DNA of 64,000 bases from Candidatus Heimdallarchaeota archaeon (GCA_011364965.1 RDOB01000002.1:128001-192000), one strand, 5' to 3'. Positions 10,096 to 20,566 are shown, counted from the stretch's first letter. Notes: generated by a model from the letters alone, not told the origin. A program made the numbers and translations.

Positions 10096-11931
10096 TTGAC
10101 CACAATGAAAGATTTCCCTGAATCTATTAGGTTAACATTAAGTTCATTACCTCAAAAGCCAGGGGTTTATCTAATGATAAACGATCAGGGAAAAGTCATA
10201 TATATTGGAGCAGCTTCGAACCTCAAAAATCGTGTTTCCTCTTATTTTCGCAAAGATATACCAGATCCAAAGACTAGGAAATTAGTTACAAAAATCTCAA
10301 CTCTAGATTATGAGATTCATGAGTCAGAAGAAAGTGCTTTTCTCCGCGAGAGAGATCTAATTAGAATTCATAATCCCCGATTTAATTTAGATTGGAAAGA
10401 TGACAAAGAATATCCGATGATTAGAATCACGAAAGTGTCTGATTCTGAGAAATTTTCTCGATTATTCATTGTCCGTAGTATTGATAACCCTAATGATTGG
10501 CATTTTGGAAGAAAAACTGATGTGAAAGCGCTCCGATCTTCAGTGAGATCTTTAAGGAAAATATTTCCTATTGCAAATAAAAATTATTGCTTTCGTACGA
10601 AAAAACCTTGTTTAGATTATTCAATTCAGCGATGCTCTGCCCCTTGTGTAGGGAAAATCACTTCGAAGGAATATCAAGGCATTGTTACTCAATTAGTACT
10701 CTTTCTTCAGGGTAAACGTCATGATTTAATTTCCTCACTATATAATGAAATGAATTCTGCAAGTGAAGATCTTAACTACGAATATGCAGCGAAGATTAGA
10801 GACAGGATTACACAAATAGAGAAATCCATTGATTCCCAGAAAGGGTTTCCCGAACCACGCGATCAGGACGCTTTAATTCTATTAAATGACAATAATCATT
10901 ATATGATTATTATATTTTGGTTAAAAAATGGAGTTGTTATTAATTTTGAGGAAAGATACCTTGGTATTCTAGAAGCTCTTCCTGATTCTGAAATAATGAA
11001 TTCATTTATTAATCAATATTACATGGTTTCTGATTTCATACCTAATTTAATAGAAATATCAACAAATCTCCTAGAAGAGATCGAGATTCTCGAAATTTGG
11101 TTGTCTAAGAAGCAGGGAAGGACTGTAAAAATAATATCGAATCCAAATATAATTTCCAACTCTATTTTCAAACATAATATCCTTCGTTCACATTTTCATT
11201 TGGGAGAGAAATTTCGGAATGAAGTACGGAAGAATGAATTTCAGGAAAAAGCACTTATTGAATTAAAGGAATATCTTGGATTAGTAAATATCCCTAGAAA
11301 AATAGAAACATTTGATATCTCAAATATTCAGGGTTCATTACCAGTTGGATCAATGGTTGTATTTCGAGATGGAAAACCAGCTAAAAGGGAGTACCGTAAG
11401 TTTAAAATAAAATCTGTCTCACCTGAACCAAATGATGTTGCTATGCTACAAGAGGTTCTTCTTCGTCGATTAACTCATAAAGATGAAGCTTTTTCTGAAT
11501 CCGAACCCGATTTAATTGTGTTAGATGGAGGTAAACCTCAAGTAAATGCTATAAAAAAGATATTAGATAAGTTAGAAAAAGATATTCCTGTTATTGGACT
11601 AGCAAAAAGAGAAGAAGAGGTTTATTCACCTCATAAAAGCAAATCTATACCAATCCCAAAGAATAGTTTTGGTCTACAGTTACTGAAGCAGACACGGGAC
11701 GAAGCCCATAGATTTGCAATAACATATCATAAGAAACGTAGGATTTTGACATCAAAATCAGCTCTGGATCAAATTCCTGGAGTAGGGGTAAAAAGGAGAA
11801 ATGCTTTGCTATCCTTTTTTGGAGATATTTCCTCAATTAAAGCAGCAACCGTTGATGAACTTTGTGAAATCGAAGGAATTAGTAGGAATTTAGCAGAAAA
11901 GATCTTTTTATTCTTTAAATCAAAAAACTAG
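10096..11931 (+). CDS. uvrC: Excinuclease ABC subunit C
   Basis: GIY-YIG (PGVYLM...IYIG), Cys-rich region, UVR domain, RNase H-like ETFDISN / DGGKPQ / RDEAHRFA, C-terminal HhH. Confidence 0.97.
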   Translation: MTTMKDFPESIRLTLSSLPQKPGVYLMINDQGKVIYIGAASNLKNRVSSYFRKDIPDPKTRKLVTKISTLDYEIHESEESAFLRERDLIRIHNPRFNLDWKDDKEYPMIRITKVSDSEKFSRLFIVRSIDNPNDWHFGRKTDVKALRSSVRSLRKIFPIANKNYCFRTKKPCLDYSIQRCSAPCVGKITSKEYQGIVTQLVLFLQGKRHDLISSLYNEMNSASEDLNYEYAAKIRDRITQIEKSIDSQKGFPEPRDQDALILLNDNNHYMIIIFWLKNGVVINFEERYLGILEALPDSEIMNSFINQYYMVSDFIPNLIEISTNLLEEIEILEIWLSKKQGRTVKIISNPNIISNSIFKHNILRSHFHLGEKFRNEVRKNEFQEKALIELKEYLGLVNIPRKIETFDISNIQGSLPVGSMVVFRDGKPAKREYRKFKIKSVSPEPNDVAMLQEVLLRRLTHKDEAFSESEPDLIVLDGGKPQVNAIKKILDKLEKDIPVIGLAKREEEVYSPHKSKSIPIPKNSFGLQLLKQTRDEAHRFAITYHKKRRILTSKSALDQIPGVGVKRRNALLSFFGDISSIKAATVDELCEIEGISRNLAEKIFLFFKSKN

Positions 11932-11947
11932 TTTAGTTTGACCAAAT

Positions 11948-14494
11948 TTATTCCTCTTTGGAGGAAATCACACGAAACTTTGCATTTATTTGCGATATTG
12001 TTTCTTTTATTGTTGTTTCAATTAAATGGTTTGGTATATCTTCTTTTGAAGTGATATAAAGATTTATTGTGAGTGAAACATTCAGATTTTCAACTAATAG
12101 AGGATTAATGATACCTTTTACAAATTCATTTAAATGACCAGCATTTAATTCTGTAATTTCAAGATTGAGAAGTTTTGGTATTTTTTTGTCTTGTTTCTGA
12201 TCCCTTACAGACTCTGATTCTGACGGACTAAATGCACGATTAAGAATAAGTCCTTTACCTATGGACTTCAATTTAAAATCACCTCCAAATTTCTTGATAT
12301 ATCCCTTCTCAGTGTCATAAATCGAAAATATTCCTCTAGAAATTCCCTCTATTATGGATAATTCAAAAATCTCAATTGATTTGACTTTTACTAACTCAAC
12401 GTTTAAATAAAACAATTCAACTAAATCCAATATTCTCATTCCCTTCTCAGGTAAAAGATCAAGAAGAATATTCGGATCAATTTTATCAGTAATTACGTCT
12501 CGTCTCATTAGCTCGTTCAAATACCATTTAGTCAATTTCTCCTCTGTCGAATTTGCGGCCTGTAGATAGAGAATTTGGCTTCCATCGTAAACAATTGAAT
12601 AGATTTTTTTGACATAGTGAATTATCAACGGAAAAAGTTTATCTAGTCGTCGTTCAATGACATCCTTATAATTTACTGAATTAGAATCCGCTTTAAGTCT
12701 TTTTAATGCAAGATTTGTCAGTAAAAGATCCTTTAAGCGATCTAAATGTAATTCATCAGCATATATATAGATGATTGCATTTTTATATATCCTAAATCCT
12801 TCACCTTTCTTTTCTAACCATTCTTTTCTTGCTTCTATTTTAAAAATAGGATCCATGATAACTATTCTTAGTTCCATTTCATCAGGTATTTCTTTATTAT
12901 CTTTTGGCCACACAATTGTTTTTACTTCATTTCCAAGTGAGAGCATAATCTGTTTTCGGAATTCCTCATCTATAAAACGAACACATTCGATTTTAATGTC
13001 ATGGATTAAACCATTAATATTCTGCTTTTTTCTAAAAAGATATCGACCGAAATTATGATGAAGGAAGTGGAGAGAGTCAGCTAGTATTTCCACAATATCC
13101 TGTATAAATAAGCTTCCTGACGTATCCCTTAGCATTGCAATTTTTAATTCTGGTAAGGAAATCCCTCGGTTAACATTAGCTTTAGAGAAGGAAGATAAAT
13201 AAATAACTTGAGCAATTTTCCTAGCAGATTGCAATAAATTCTGGTTCTTTATTGCATTGAGATGAGAGGTAGGATTTAATATCTCAGAATTTAAAATTGT
13301 GTCATATTCTGAAGAAAAATGTTTTGTAAATTCATTTCTTAAATTACTAGAATCCAAAGAAATATCAGAGAGCAATATATAGTCAATTTCCATATTTGAA
13401 TTCCAGAGATTTGTTAATATCAAGGCTAAAATTCTTAGGATTCCTCGTGTGCCCTGAAAACTATGCAAAGTAGTCCAATTCTTAGTTAGAAGGTTTATAA
13501 TTTCTGGTTGAAATGGATAAGACACATCCATTAATTTTTTATAGTCAGCAAAATTTGACATACTTGGAATTTCCTTTTGAATGTCATTATGAATTTTGAA
13601 ATAATGTGAAATTATCCAAGTTTTTGCTCTATGATCTACGACCTTTTTCACAAGACGTTTTGAAACTATCCCATAAATTTCATCTGGACGAATTGGGATT
13701 TCAATTGATTCCAATCTTCCCAAAATTTGATTTAATTTAGCTATTGTACTCTCCTGTTGATCATTAAATTCTTCCTGCTGTTGTACGGGAGTTGTGAGTA
13801 CCAATAAAGTATGAGGGATGGAATATAGTGTCTCTGTAAGTTCTTGTAGAAATATGAGGCTTTGTGAACCCAAATTTGATTTATAAATTTCAACACCATA
13901 TGTTTTAGATAAATAATTAACAATTTCATCAAGAAGGATAATACATGGTCCAATTCCTTGAAAAAGAGACAATATCTTCCCCTTTCCTGGAGATATACCT
14001 CTAGAATCATTTTCTTTTATTATGTCGAATTTATTAGTTCCTCCCAATTGTTGAGCTATTTCTCCCCAAAGCGTTCTGATTGTCTCATCTGGAGTTTTAC
14101 GACCTTTTAGAGGATCTAGATAACTTCCACTTATGGCGATTAGCTTGATATTAGGAATAGTTTCAATAAAGGGTAATAAATTTCGAGAATCGTTACCAAT
14201 AGTAGCATAATGATAAATAGCAAGGAGGGAATGTGTTTTTCCTCCGCCAAAAGGGGATTGTAGTTTGATAATTGGAGGACCGATATCTTTTAAAATTTTT
14301 AAATGCACAGCTCGAAGAAGGTTTTTTAGGCCATTTGTCATATAAGTGTATGAAAAAAACAATTTTGCATCTTTATAATCTTCTATACTTCTATTCTCAA
14401 TTACATCTATTAAATCTGCTACAAAAAGTGTTTCGTTGATAATCCCCTCTTTAATCTTTGGATGGGGTTCAATAACATCTCTGAAAGATTTCAT
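11948..14494 (-). CDS. DUF499-family AAA+ ATPase
   Basis: N-terminal F.D.I.PH..I, FxADL, F...TYMT, Walker A PFGGGKTHSL, TLWGEIAxQL, Walker B ILLDE, YPFxPE and FQGTRGILR are typical of DUF499. Confidence 0.85.
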   Translation of the reverse strand: MKSFRDVIEPHPKIKEGIINETLFVADLIDVIENRSIEDYKDAKLFFSYTYMTNGLKNLLRAVHLKILKDIGPPIIKLQSPFGGGKTHSLLAIYHYATIGNDSRNLLPFIETIPNIKLIAISGSYLDPLKGRKTPDETIRTLWGEIAQQLGGTNKFDIIKENDSRGISPGKGKILSLFQGIGPCIILLDEIVNYLSKTYGVEIYKSNLGSQSLIFLQELTETLYSIPHTLLVLTTPVQQQEEFNDQQESTIAKLNQILGRLESIEIPIRPDEIYGIVSKRLVKKVVDHRAKTWIISHYFKIHNDIQKEIPSMSNFADYKKLMDVSYPFQPEIINLLTKNWTTLHSFQGTRGILRILALILTNLWNSNMEIDYILLSDISLDSSNLRNEFTKHFSSEYDTILNSEILNPTSHLNAIKNQNLLQSARKIAQVIYLSSFSKANVNRGISLPELKIAMLRDTSGSLFIQDIVEILADSLHFLHHNFGRYLFRKKQNINGLIHDIKIECVRFIDEEFRKQIMLSLGNEVKTIVWPKDNKEIPDEMELRIVIMDPIFKIEARKEWLEKKGEGFRIYKNAIIYIYADELHLDRLKDLLLTNLALKRLKADSNSVNYKDVIERRLDKLFPLIIHYVKKIYSIVYDGSQILYLQAANSTEEKLTKWYLNELMRRDVITDKIDPNILLDLLPEKGMRILDLVELFYLNVELVKVKSIEIFELSIIEGISRGIFSIYDTEKGYIKKFGGDFKLKSIGKGLILNRAFSPSESESVRDQKQDKKIPKLLNLEITELNAGHLNEFVKGIINPLLVENLNVSLTINLYITSKEDIPNHLIETTIKETISQINAKFRVISSKEE

Positions 14495-14623
14495 CCTTTG
14501 TATATCCTGAAAATAGTAGAATAAATAGATAAATGTCTATTAATTTACATCCTTATTAGTGCATTTTGTACCCGTATAACCATATTTTTGAAGAGACAAT
14601 ATTAAAGGTTTACTGGGAACAAA

Positions 14624-14818
14624 ATGAAAGATTTAACCAAAAAAATGGTAAATAAGGGATCTAAGGAAGCATTAAATATTACAACTAGAGGTTTAACAGG
14701 TAGTATTGCAGATGTCGCGAAAGAATCAATTAAAGATGAAATACAAAGGAGTGGAGTATCAGATTCAGTTATAAAAAAGATATCAAAATCAATGAAAAAG
14801 TTAGTGAAAGATAAATAG
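14624..14818 (+). CDS. Small basic hypothetical protein
   Basis: 64-aa ATG ORF 11 bp upstream of the cupin gene on the same strand. Confidence 0.5.
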   Translation: MKDLTKKMVNKGSKEALNITTRGLTGSIADVAKESIKDEIQRSGVSDSVIKKISKSMKKLVKDK

Positions 14819-14829
14819 AAAGTAGACAG

Positions 14830-15189
14830 ATGGGAAAACAAATGAAATTAAAGAAGCTACACGATATTCCAGCTGAAGATGTTGCGATGTATGGCTCAAC
14901 TAAAACAAAAATCGAGTGGATTTGGGGAAAAGCTGATAATGTTCCTCACTTTGCGCTTCGTCGTTTCATTATAAAACCTGGTGGAGAAATTGGTTTACAC
15001 GCACATCCAGAGGAACACGAAATTTTCATTTTATCTGGAATGGGTCTTGTTTTTAATGATAAAGGACAAGAAATTGATGTTGCTACAGAAGACTCACTAT
15101 ATGTTCCGCCAGGAGAAGCTCATGGATATAAAAATTCAGGAGATTGTGATCTGATCTTTCTCTGTATAATCCCTCTATTAGCAAAATAG
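14830..15189 (+). CDS. Cupin domain protein
   Basis: PGGEIGLHAHPEEHEIFILSG and VPPGEAHGYKN metal-binding cupin motifs. Confidence 0.92.
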   Translation: MGKQMKLKKLHDIPAEDVAMYGSTKTKIEWIWGKADNVPHFALRRFIIKPGGEIGLHAHPEEHEIFILSGMGLVFNDKGQEIDVATEDSLYVPPGEAHGYKNSGDCDLIFLCIIPLLAK

Positions 15190-15218
15190 TAAACAATCAG
15201 TATTGGATCGAATCTAGA

Positions 15219-16580
15219 ATGCCACAAGAACCAAGAAGGGAGTGGCTTGCTCTCTATCATGAAGGTGATTCCCGATTACAAAATAAGCGTCATGGTATCT
15301 TCCGATTAAATAAAAAAAATTCAAGAATTGAATTCGCTGTACAGACAAGTGAATCTGATTCCTCCCCCGTAGTTGTCGTGAATTATCCCCTAAGATTGCT
15401 CAAATCAGTAGATATTGTTGAAAAGCGTCAAAGAATGAAAAAAAAGGAATACATCCAATTAACTATGGGAGAACCTCCAAATGAAATGTTTCCACTCTTT
15501 TCATTTAGTATTGATGATTTAGGTTCAATCAAAGCGGAAATTGAGCGATTCAAGTTGCAGAGTCAAGTTCAGGATATACAAAAAGAGGAGAAGGACGAAG
15601 GAGATGTCCTTGACATGTTTGCAAAGTTATTAATGACTCCAATTGAACAATTCCAACATTTAATAGAGGATATGACTTCACGTATAATCTCGATTACTAA
15701 AAAACCTACCAAAGTAACCCAAACATTTTTCTCGGGGTTAGAACCTAAATCGAGTTATCAAACACGGCAAATTAAACTTAAAGACCGAATCTTTACTTAT
15801 TTTGAATCTCCTAAGATATTTCCAAGAGTTCTCCTATTCCTTTCCCCTCTAGGAGGGAAAATTGAAGATTATTACTCATTGATTCCCTATCTCCAAGGTA
15901 GCTATCAGATAATGATTTTGGGGATTCGGGGTCATGTTCCCCCATTTGAACAAGATTTAGAATACAAATTAAAGGATTTTGTTCAAGATCTGCGAGATTT
16001 CATTGATTTTTTGGGACCTGATAGGCAGATTATATTAACTGCTCATTCTCTAATCTCTGCGGTAATACTTGATGAATTTTTAAAGGACAATTACAGCAAC
16101 ATTGAAAAAATCATATTATTATCAGGTATTCACCGTCCTCCTGACACATTTAAGAAGGGGATAAAAGCTCTCCCCCCGATTATTACATGGGGACCATTTA
16201 AAACTCATGTGAAAAAACTCGCTCCCAAAGTCTTATTTGATAAGAAAACAGATGATGATCTTAAAAAACCTTATATCAATCATGCTTTTGAAATTTCTGA
16301 TAAAGTATATTATGAGATCTTCAAAGATTTTCTTTCTAAATATGATTATTCAGATAATATCGCGATATTAAAAAAACCAATGCTTATAGTTTGGGGATTA
16401 AATGACCATATAATTACCACCGACCTTAAAAAAGAAATGAAAGATAATTTATTATCCTCAAATCTTTCGTTAAGGGAAATTCCAGGTGGACATATGCTTT
16501 TTTTAGATTCTCCTAGAGAATTAAGCAAGGAGATTAACGAATTCATTTTTGGAAAAAGGAGTTCAATTGAAATTGAATGA
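15219..16580 (+). CDS. Alpha/beta-hydrolase-fold protein with N-terminal PH-like extension
   Basis: IRGH, nucleophile elbow TAHSL, PMLIVWGLND, GGHML. About 180 extra N-terminal residues (beta-rich, then helical). Confidence 0.75.
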   Translation: MPQEPRREWLALYHEGDSRLQNKRHGIFRLNKKNSRIEFAVQTSESDSSPVVVVNYPLRLLKSVDIVEKRQRMKKKEYIQLTMGEPPNEMFPLFSFSIDDLGSIKAEIERFKLQSQVQDIQKEEKDEGDVLDMFAKLLMTPIEQFQHLIEDMTSRIISITKKPTKVTQTFFSGLEPKSSYQTRQIKLKDRIFTYFESPKIFPRVLLFLSPLGGKIEDYYSLIPYLQGSYQIMILGIRGHVPPFEQDLEYKLKDFVQDLRDFIDFLGPDRQIILTAHSLISAVILDEFLKDNYSNIEKIILLSGIHRPPDTFKKGIKALPPIITWGPFKTHVKKLAPKVLFDKKTDDDLKKPYINHAFEISDKVYYEIFKDFLSKYDYSDNIAILKKPMLIVWGLNDHIITTDLKKEMKDNLLSSNLSLREIPGGHMLFLDSPRELSKEINEFIFGKRSSIEIE

Positions 16581-16896
16581 ACAAGAGAAAAGAAAATCTT
16601 TTAGTCTTAGATTTCAAGATAGAAATGCTTGGAATACATTCAAGGAAGATTTAAAAGTTATTTTTAGAAATCACCAGATAAAATTTCAGTATTCAGAACA
16701 AAGTCCGAAATTTTATATTCGATATAAAAGTAATTCAATCAATATAATCGTTACTTGGGAAGAAGATTCACTTCTTTTTCTTTTAGAATCTTTCAACTTT
16801 GAACCAGAAACCCTCAACACATGCATTGAGATATATGATCTCTTGATTCTTTTTTCAGGTGAAATTATTGATGGTACTGAACCATATAACTGGTAA
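16549..16896 (+). CDS. Hypothetical protein
   Basis: ORF overlapping the hydrolase stop. TTG at 16573 is an alternative start. Confidence 0.55.
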   Translation: MEKGVQLKLNEQEKRKSFSLRFQDRNAWNTFKEDLKVIFRNHQIKFQYSEQSPKFYIRYKSNSINIIVTWEEDSLLFLLESFNFEPETLNTCIEIYDLLILFSGEIIDGTEPYNW

Positions 16897-16901
16897 ATAA
16901 G

Positions 16902-17069
16902 TTATTCACCATAATCCCTTTCTAATTGCATAACAAATGCTTTTAAATGTGTATAGAATGGTTTCACTATTCCTTGTTCCCATTCTAAGGCAATTTTCCT
17001 GAAAATATTGCCATCGAGACGGATTTCAATACCAACACCTGTATCTCGAATTGAAATTCCTTTTTCCAT
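16902..17069 (-). CDS. Small hypothetical protein (55 aa, not in ORF track)
   Basis: Manual translation gives MEKGISIRDTGVGIEIRLDGNIFRKIALEWEQGIVKPFYTHLKAFVMQLERDYGE. Its stop lies 5 bp from the convergent gene's stop, matching the tight packing seen elsewhere. Confidence 0.55.
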   Translation of the reverse strand: MEKGISIRDTGVGIEIRLDGNIFRKIALEWEQGIVKPFYTHLKAFVMQLERDYGE

Positions 17070-17177
17070 GATTTCCACTTCATGTGAAATGTAGATTATT
17101 GACTTGGGATGATTAAAGATTAAAAACTTTACATCAAAAGAAACATTTCATTTTGCTTTGCTTATTAACCTTGAGAA

Positions 17178-17205
17178 ACAAAAAAAAGGAAAAAAGAAAA
17201 AAGGA
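17178..17205 (-). terminator. Archaeal oligo-T terminator after porB
   Basis: The minus strand has runs of six to eight T's immediately after the porB stop. Confidence 0.6.
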
Positions 17206-17210
17206 GTTGT

Positions 17211-18176
17211 TTAATATCCTGTTTTTTCTAACAACTCTTCCCAGCGTTTGTCGACTTCGGTTTGAAAAATGTTGATTAAGTCATCTCGACGAGTAGGTTT
17301 GAAGAAGTGTCTCCAGCGTCCTTCTAGTTTTAAATATTCCTCTAGTGGAAGTTTTTTAGAAGGATCTTTGGCAATTCGTTCACTAGGTCTGCTTAATTTA
17401 TATTCCCCCTCTATCACACTGTAGAGTGGATGAAGACATGTTTCAGTTGCCAACCTTACATATTCAATAGACTTTGCTGGATCGAATCGTTGTCCACGAT
17501 TGCAGGATGACTCTACGTGCAGAAATGCAGGTCCATCTACATCTAATCCTGCTCTTACTTTAGCAATCAAGTCTTCTGGATAAGCAGGGGAAGCTGTAGC
17601 CACAAATTTTATTCGGTGGGCAATAATTATTTCGGTGATTGGCTTCCTGAATTGTGTTTTACCTGGAATTACTGACCCAGCAGGAGAAGTGGTGGTAGAT
17701 GCGCCATAAGGTGTGCCACCAGATCGCTGTATACCTGTATTCATGTATGCTCCATTATCATACAATATGTAAAGAAGGTCGTGACCTCTTTCTAGAGCTC
17801 CTGAGAGTGCTTGAATTCCTATATCATAGGTACCCCCATCTCCACCAAAAACTACAATATCGGTCTTTCCATCTTTGTATATTCCTTTACGAGTCATAGC
17901 TTTGATTGCACCTTCAACTCCAGAAGCTACAGCAGAAGCATTCTCGAAAGCAACATGAAGCCATGGTACTTTCCAAGCAGAGAAAGGATAAATAGTACTA
18001 GCAACTTCTAAACACCCTGTTGCATTAAAAATCATCGTTGGTTTATTGAAGGCCATAGTGACCTGTCGAGCCATACTACCTGCAGCACAACCAGCACATA
18101 AGCGATGACCTCCAGCAAAATAAGTTGGTTTATCAACTACATCTTTTAATTTAATATTTGGCAATTCTGTACTCAT
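17211..18176 (-). CDS. porB: Pyruvate/2-ketoisovalerate:ferredoxin oxidoreductase beta subunit (TPP-binding)
   Basis: GHRLCAGC, TGCLEV, GGDGGTYDIG and YDNGAYMNTGIQRS motifs. GGAGG SD upstream. Confidence 0.93.
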   Translation of the reverse strand: MSTELPNIKLKDVVDKPTYFAGGHRLCAGCAAGSMARQVTMAFNKPTMIFNATGCLEVASTIYPFSAWKVPWLHVAFENASAVASGVEGAIKAMTRKGIYKDGKTDIVVFGGDGGTYDIGIQALSGALERGHDLLYILYDNGAYMNTGIQRSGGTPYGASTTTSPAGSVIPGKTQFRKPITEIIIAHRIKFVATASPAYPEDLIAKVRAGLDVDGPAFLHVESSCNRGQRFDPAKSIEYVRLATETCLHPLYSVIEGEYKLSRPSERIAKDPSKKLPLEEYLKLEGRWRHFFKPTRRDDLINIFQTEVDKRWEELLEKTGY

Positions 18177-18188
18177 TACTATTCCTCC

Positions 18189-19364
18189 TTATTCTCGCAA
18201 GCCCCACCAGTATATAGGTAAGTTTTTACCTTCGTTAAAAGCGTCTTTTGCCCTGTAATACATATTATGATAGTCCTTAATGAGAGTATCACGACCACCG
18301 AGACCTATTGTATATTCTGCTACATTGGGTGATAATCCAGTATTGAATAATGCGGATTTAATATCCGTACTAAAAATTCCGCCAGGACCACCGAATGAAT
18401 GTGCCCGTTCAATAGTAATTATTCCTTTAAGATTTGTACATAATTTAGTAATTTCATCACCGAAAAAAGGCCTATATACTCGGATTTTAATTAATCCTAC
18501 CTTTTCACCTTTCGCTCGTAGTTCATCGACAGTAGTTCGTGCATTTCCAGCTGATGATCCCATAGTAATGAAAGCATATTCCGCATCATCCATCATATAG
18601 GATTCTACTGGTTTATACTTCCTACCAGTCAATTTTTCCCATTCATTAAAAACTTCGACTATAATTTGTCTTGAACGTTCTTGTGCATCTCTTATTTGGG
18701 CTCTTGCTTCCATATAATAATCTTGTAAATGAAGCAAACCGATAGAAATAGGATCTTTAGTATCAAGTTTCAATTCGGCCGTTCTTTCTCCACCAATGAA
18801 CTTTAATGCTTCTTCACGGGAAACTGCTTCTATTCCCTCAATAGCATGGGAAAGAATGAATCCATCGAGTCCAATTGCTACTGGGAGTAAAACATCTGGA
18901 TGTTCGCCAATCTTGAAAGCCATAATAGTTTGATCGTGTGCTTCTTGGTTATCTTCTGAGAAAAGACTTATCCATCCCGAATCTCGGAACAGCATTTGAT
19001 CTGTCATTTCCCCATGAATATTAATTGGGCCGCTAATAGCACGATTTGCTATCGCCATGACAATAGGTGTTCTTGAAGAAGCTGCTATAAAGATAATTTC
19101 ATACATGAGCATAAGTCCAGCACTAGCACTGCTAGTAAACACACGAGCTCCAGCTGAGCTGGCGCCAACACATGCGGACATCGCACTGTGCTCAGATTCT
19201 ACTGTAATGAATTCAGTATCCACTTCGCCATCAGCAACAAAATCAGCAAATCGTTCGACAATAATTGTTTGGGGAGTGATAGGATAAGCCGCAACTACAT
19301 CTGGGTTGACTGCTTTGGCAGCTAATGCAACTGCGTCGTCTCCTGTAACTGCAATTCTAGCCAT
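18189..19364 (-). CDS. porA: Pyruvate/2-ketoisovalerate:ferredoxin oxidoreductase alpha subunit
   Basis: AAYPITPQT, VESEHSA, NRA, DGFILSH and GLGGRD motifs. Confidence 0.93.
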   Translation of the reverse strand: MARIAVTGDDAVALAAKAVNPDVVAAYPITPQTIIVERFADFVADGEVDTEFITVESEHSAMSACVGASSAGARVFTSSASAGLMLMYEIIFIAASSRTPIVMAIANRAISGPINIHGEMTDQMLFRDSGWISLFSEDNQEAHDQTIMAFKIGEHPDVLLPVAIGLDGFILSHAIEGIEAVSREEALKFIGGERTAELKLDTKDPISIGLLHLQDYYMEARAQIRDAQERSRQIIVEVFNEWEKLTGRKYKPVESYMMDDAEYAFITMGSSAGNARTTVDELRAKGEKVGLIKIRVYRPFFGDEITKLCTNLKGIITIERAHSFGGPGGIFSTDIKSALFNTGLSPNVAEYTIGLGGRDTLIKDYHNMYYRAKDAFNEGKNLPIYWWGLRE

Positions 19365-19712
19365 TTAGAGATCCTCCATATAAATTGCTTTTTCGCCTTT
19401 TCGGCCAGGACATTCATTTGAACATACCCCACAGCCTTTACAATAGAAATAATCAAATTCTGGACGAAGTTTTCCGTCATTTCCCGGTTTCATTGTAATA
19501 GCACTGTCGGGACAGAAAAAGTAACATTTTAAACAGGATATACAATTATCAGCATTAAGTTTAGGTTGTTTAGCTGCCCAATCTCCTGTGCGAAAGAATC
19601 TAGAAGAACCAGGGGGAGTACTTCCAGCCATAGGTAGCTTTTTATAACCCCATTTTTCTTTTACCCAAGTTTTAAAATCATCATCTGAAACTTCATTTGG
19701 TAAAGCTGGCAT
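19365..19712 (-). CDS. porD: 2-oxoacid:ferredoxin oxidoreductase delta subunit (2x4Fe-4S)
   Basis: TGDW, CISCLKCYFFCPD and YCKGCGVCSNECP motifs. GAGGTGA SD. Confidence 0.92.
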   Translation of the reverse strand: MPALPNEVSDDDFKTWVKEKWGYKKLPMAGSTPPGSSRFFRTGDWAAKQPKLNADNCISCLKCYFFCPDSAITMKPGNDGKLRPEFDYFYCKGCGVCSNECPGRKGEKAIYMEDL

Positions 19713-19714
19713 AA

Positions 19715-20284
19715 TTAGCTCACCTCATTAAACGAACGCTCGACAGCTTTAATATTCTTATCAGCGCCTTTATGTTTGAATCGCTCATTGATAGCACTAA
19801 TTACCGAATCAAGCTTAATTATATTGCCATTAGTTAGTTTAACCAATGCACCCAAAATGGCGGTATTCGTCTGTCTGATTCCAATCTCTTCTGCTGCGAT
19901 TTTTGTTGCATCAACAGTCGCAAATCTTGCACCTGGAGGAAGAGAATTTCTCAGTTTGACAACAGCTTCAGAATTTGGATTATCAGTATTCACAATGACG
20001 ATACCACCTTCTTTCAATCCTGCTGCCACATCGACTTGCCCTAATAATGTAGGGTCTTGAACCACCACAATATCGGGGTAATATATTTCCGTCTTTATGT
20101 AGAACCTTTCATCCGAAACACGAGCGAACGCAGCGATGGGCGCGCCACTCCTTTCAGGTCCAAAAGATGGAAATGCGTGTACATATTTATTCTCCAGTAG
20201 AGCGGCCTCTGCAATCAAATAACTACTAGTCATGACGCCTTGACCACCTCTACCATGCAATCGTATATCAATAATTTCAGCCAA
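19715..20284 (-). CDS. porG: 2-oxoacid:ferredoxin oxidoreductase gamma subunit
   Basis: HGRGGQG, FGPERSGAP, VDAT and NTAILGA motifs. TTG start with GGAG SD. Confidence 0.93.
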   Translation of the reverse strand: MAEIIDIRLHGRGGQGVMTSSYLIAEAALLENKYVHAFPSFGPERSGAPIAAFARVSDERFYIKTEIYYPDIVVVQDPTLLGQVDVAAGLKEGGIVIVNTDNPNSEAVVKLRNSLPPGARFATVDATKIAAEEIGIRQTNTAILGALVKLTNGNIIKLDSVISAINERFKHKGADKNIKAVERSFNEVS

Positions 20285-20566
20285 ATAATAACAACTCCTA
20301 GTTTAATACTTCAGAAGTTTTTTATAAGATTGTTTGGTTAAAATCAAGATCATTTAACCTTACTAGGCAAATCCTCCTATTTCAAAAACCTCCTATTTTA
20401 TCTTGCTTAACAATAATAAAGCACCATAAAGTTGAAATGAATTCACTGAAAAAGAGATATAGTTAAAAAACATGAAGAAATCTATTTTTCAGAAGTTGGT
20501 TAATTTATGGTTTTGTCATCTATTTATCCTCCTGAGCGGACGTTTTAGTCAAAGAGGGATTTTCAT

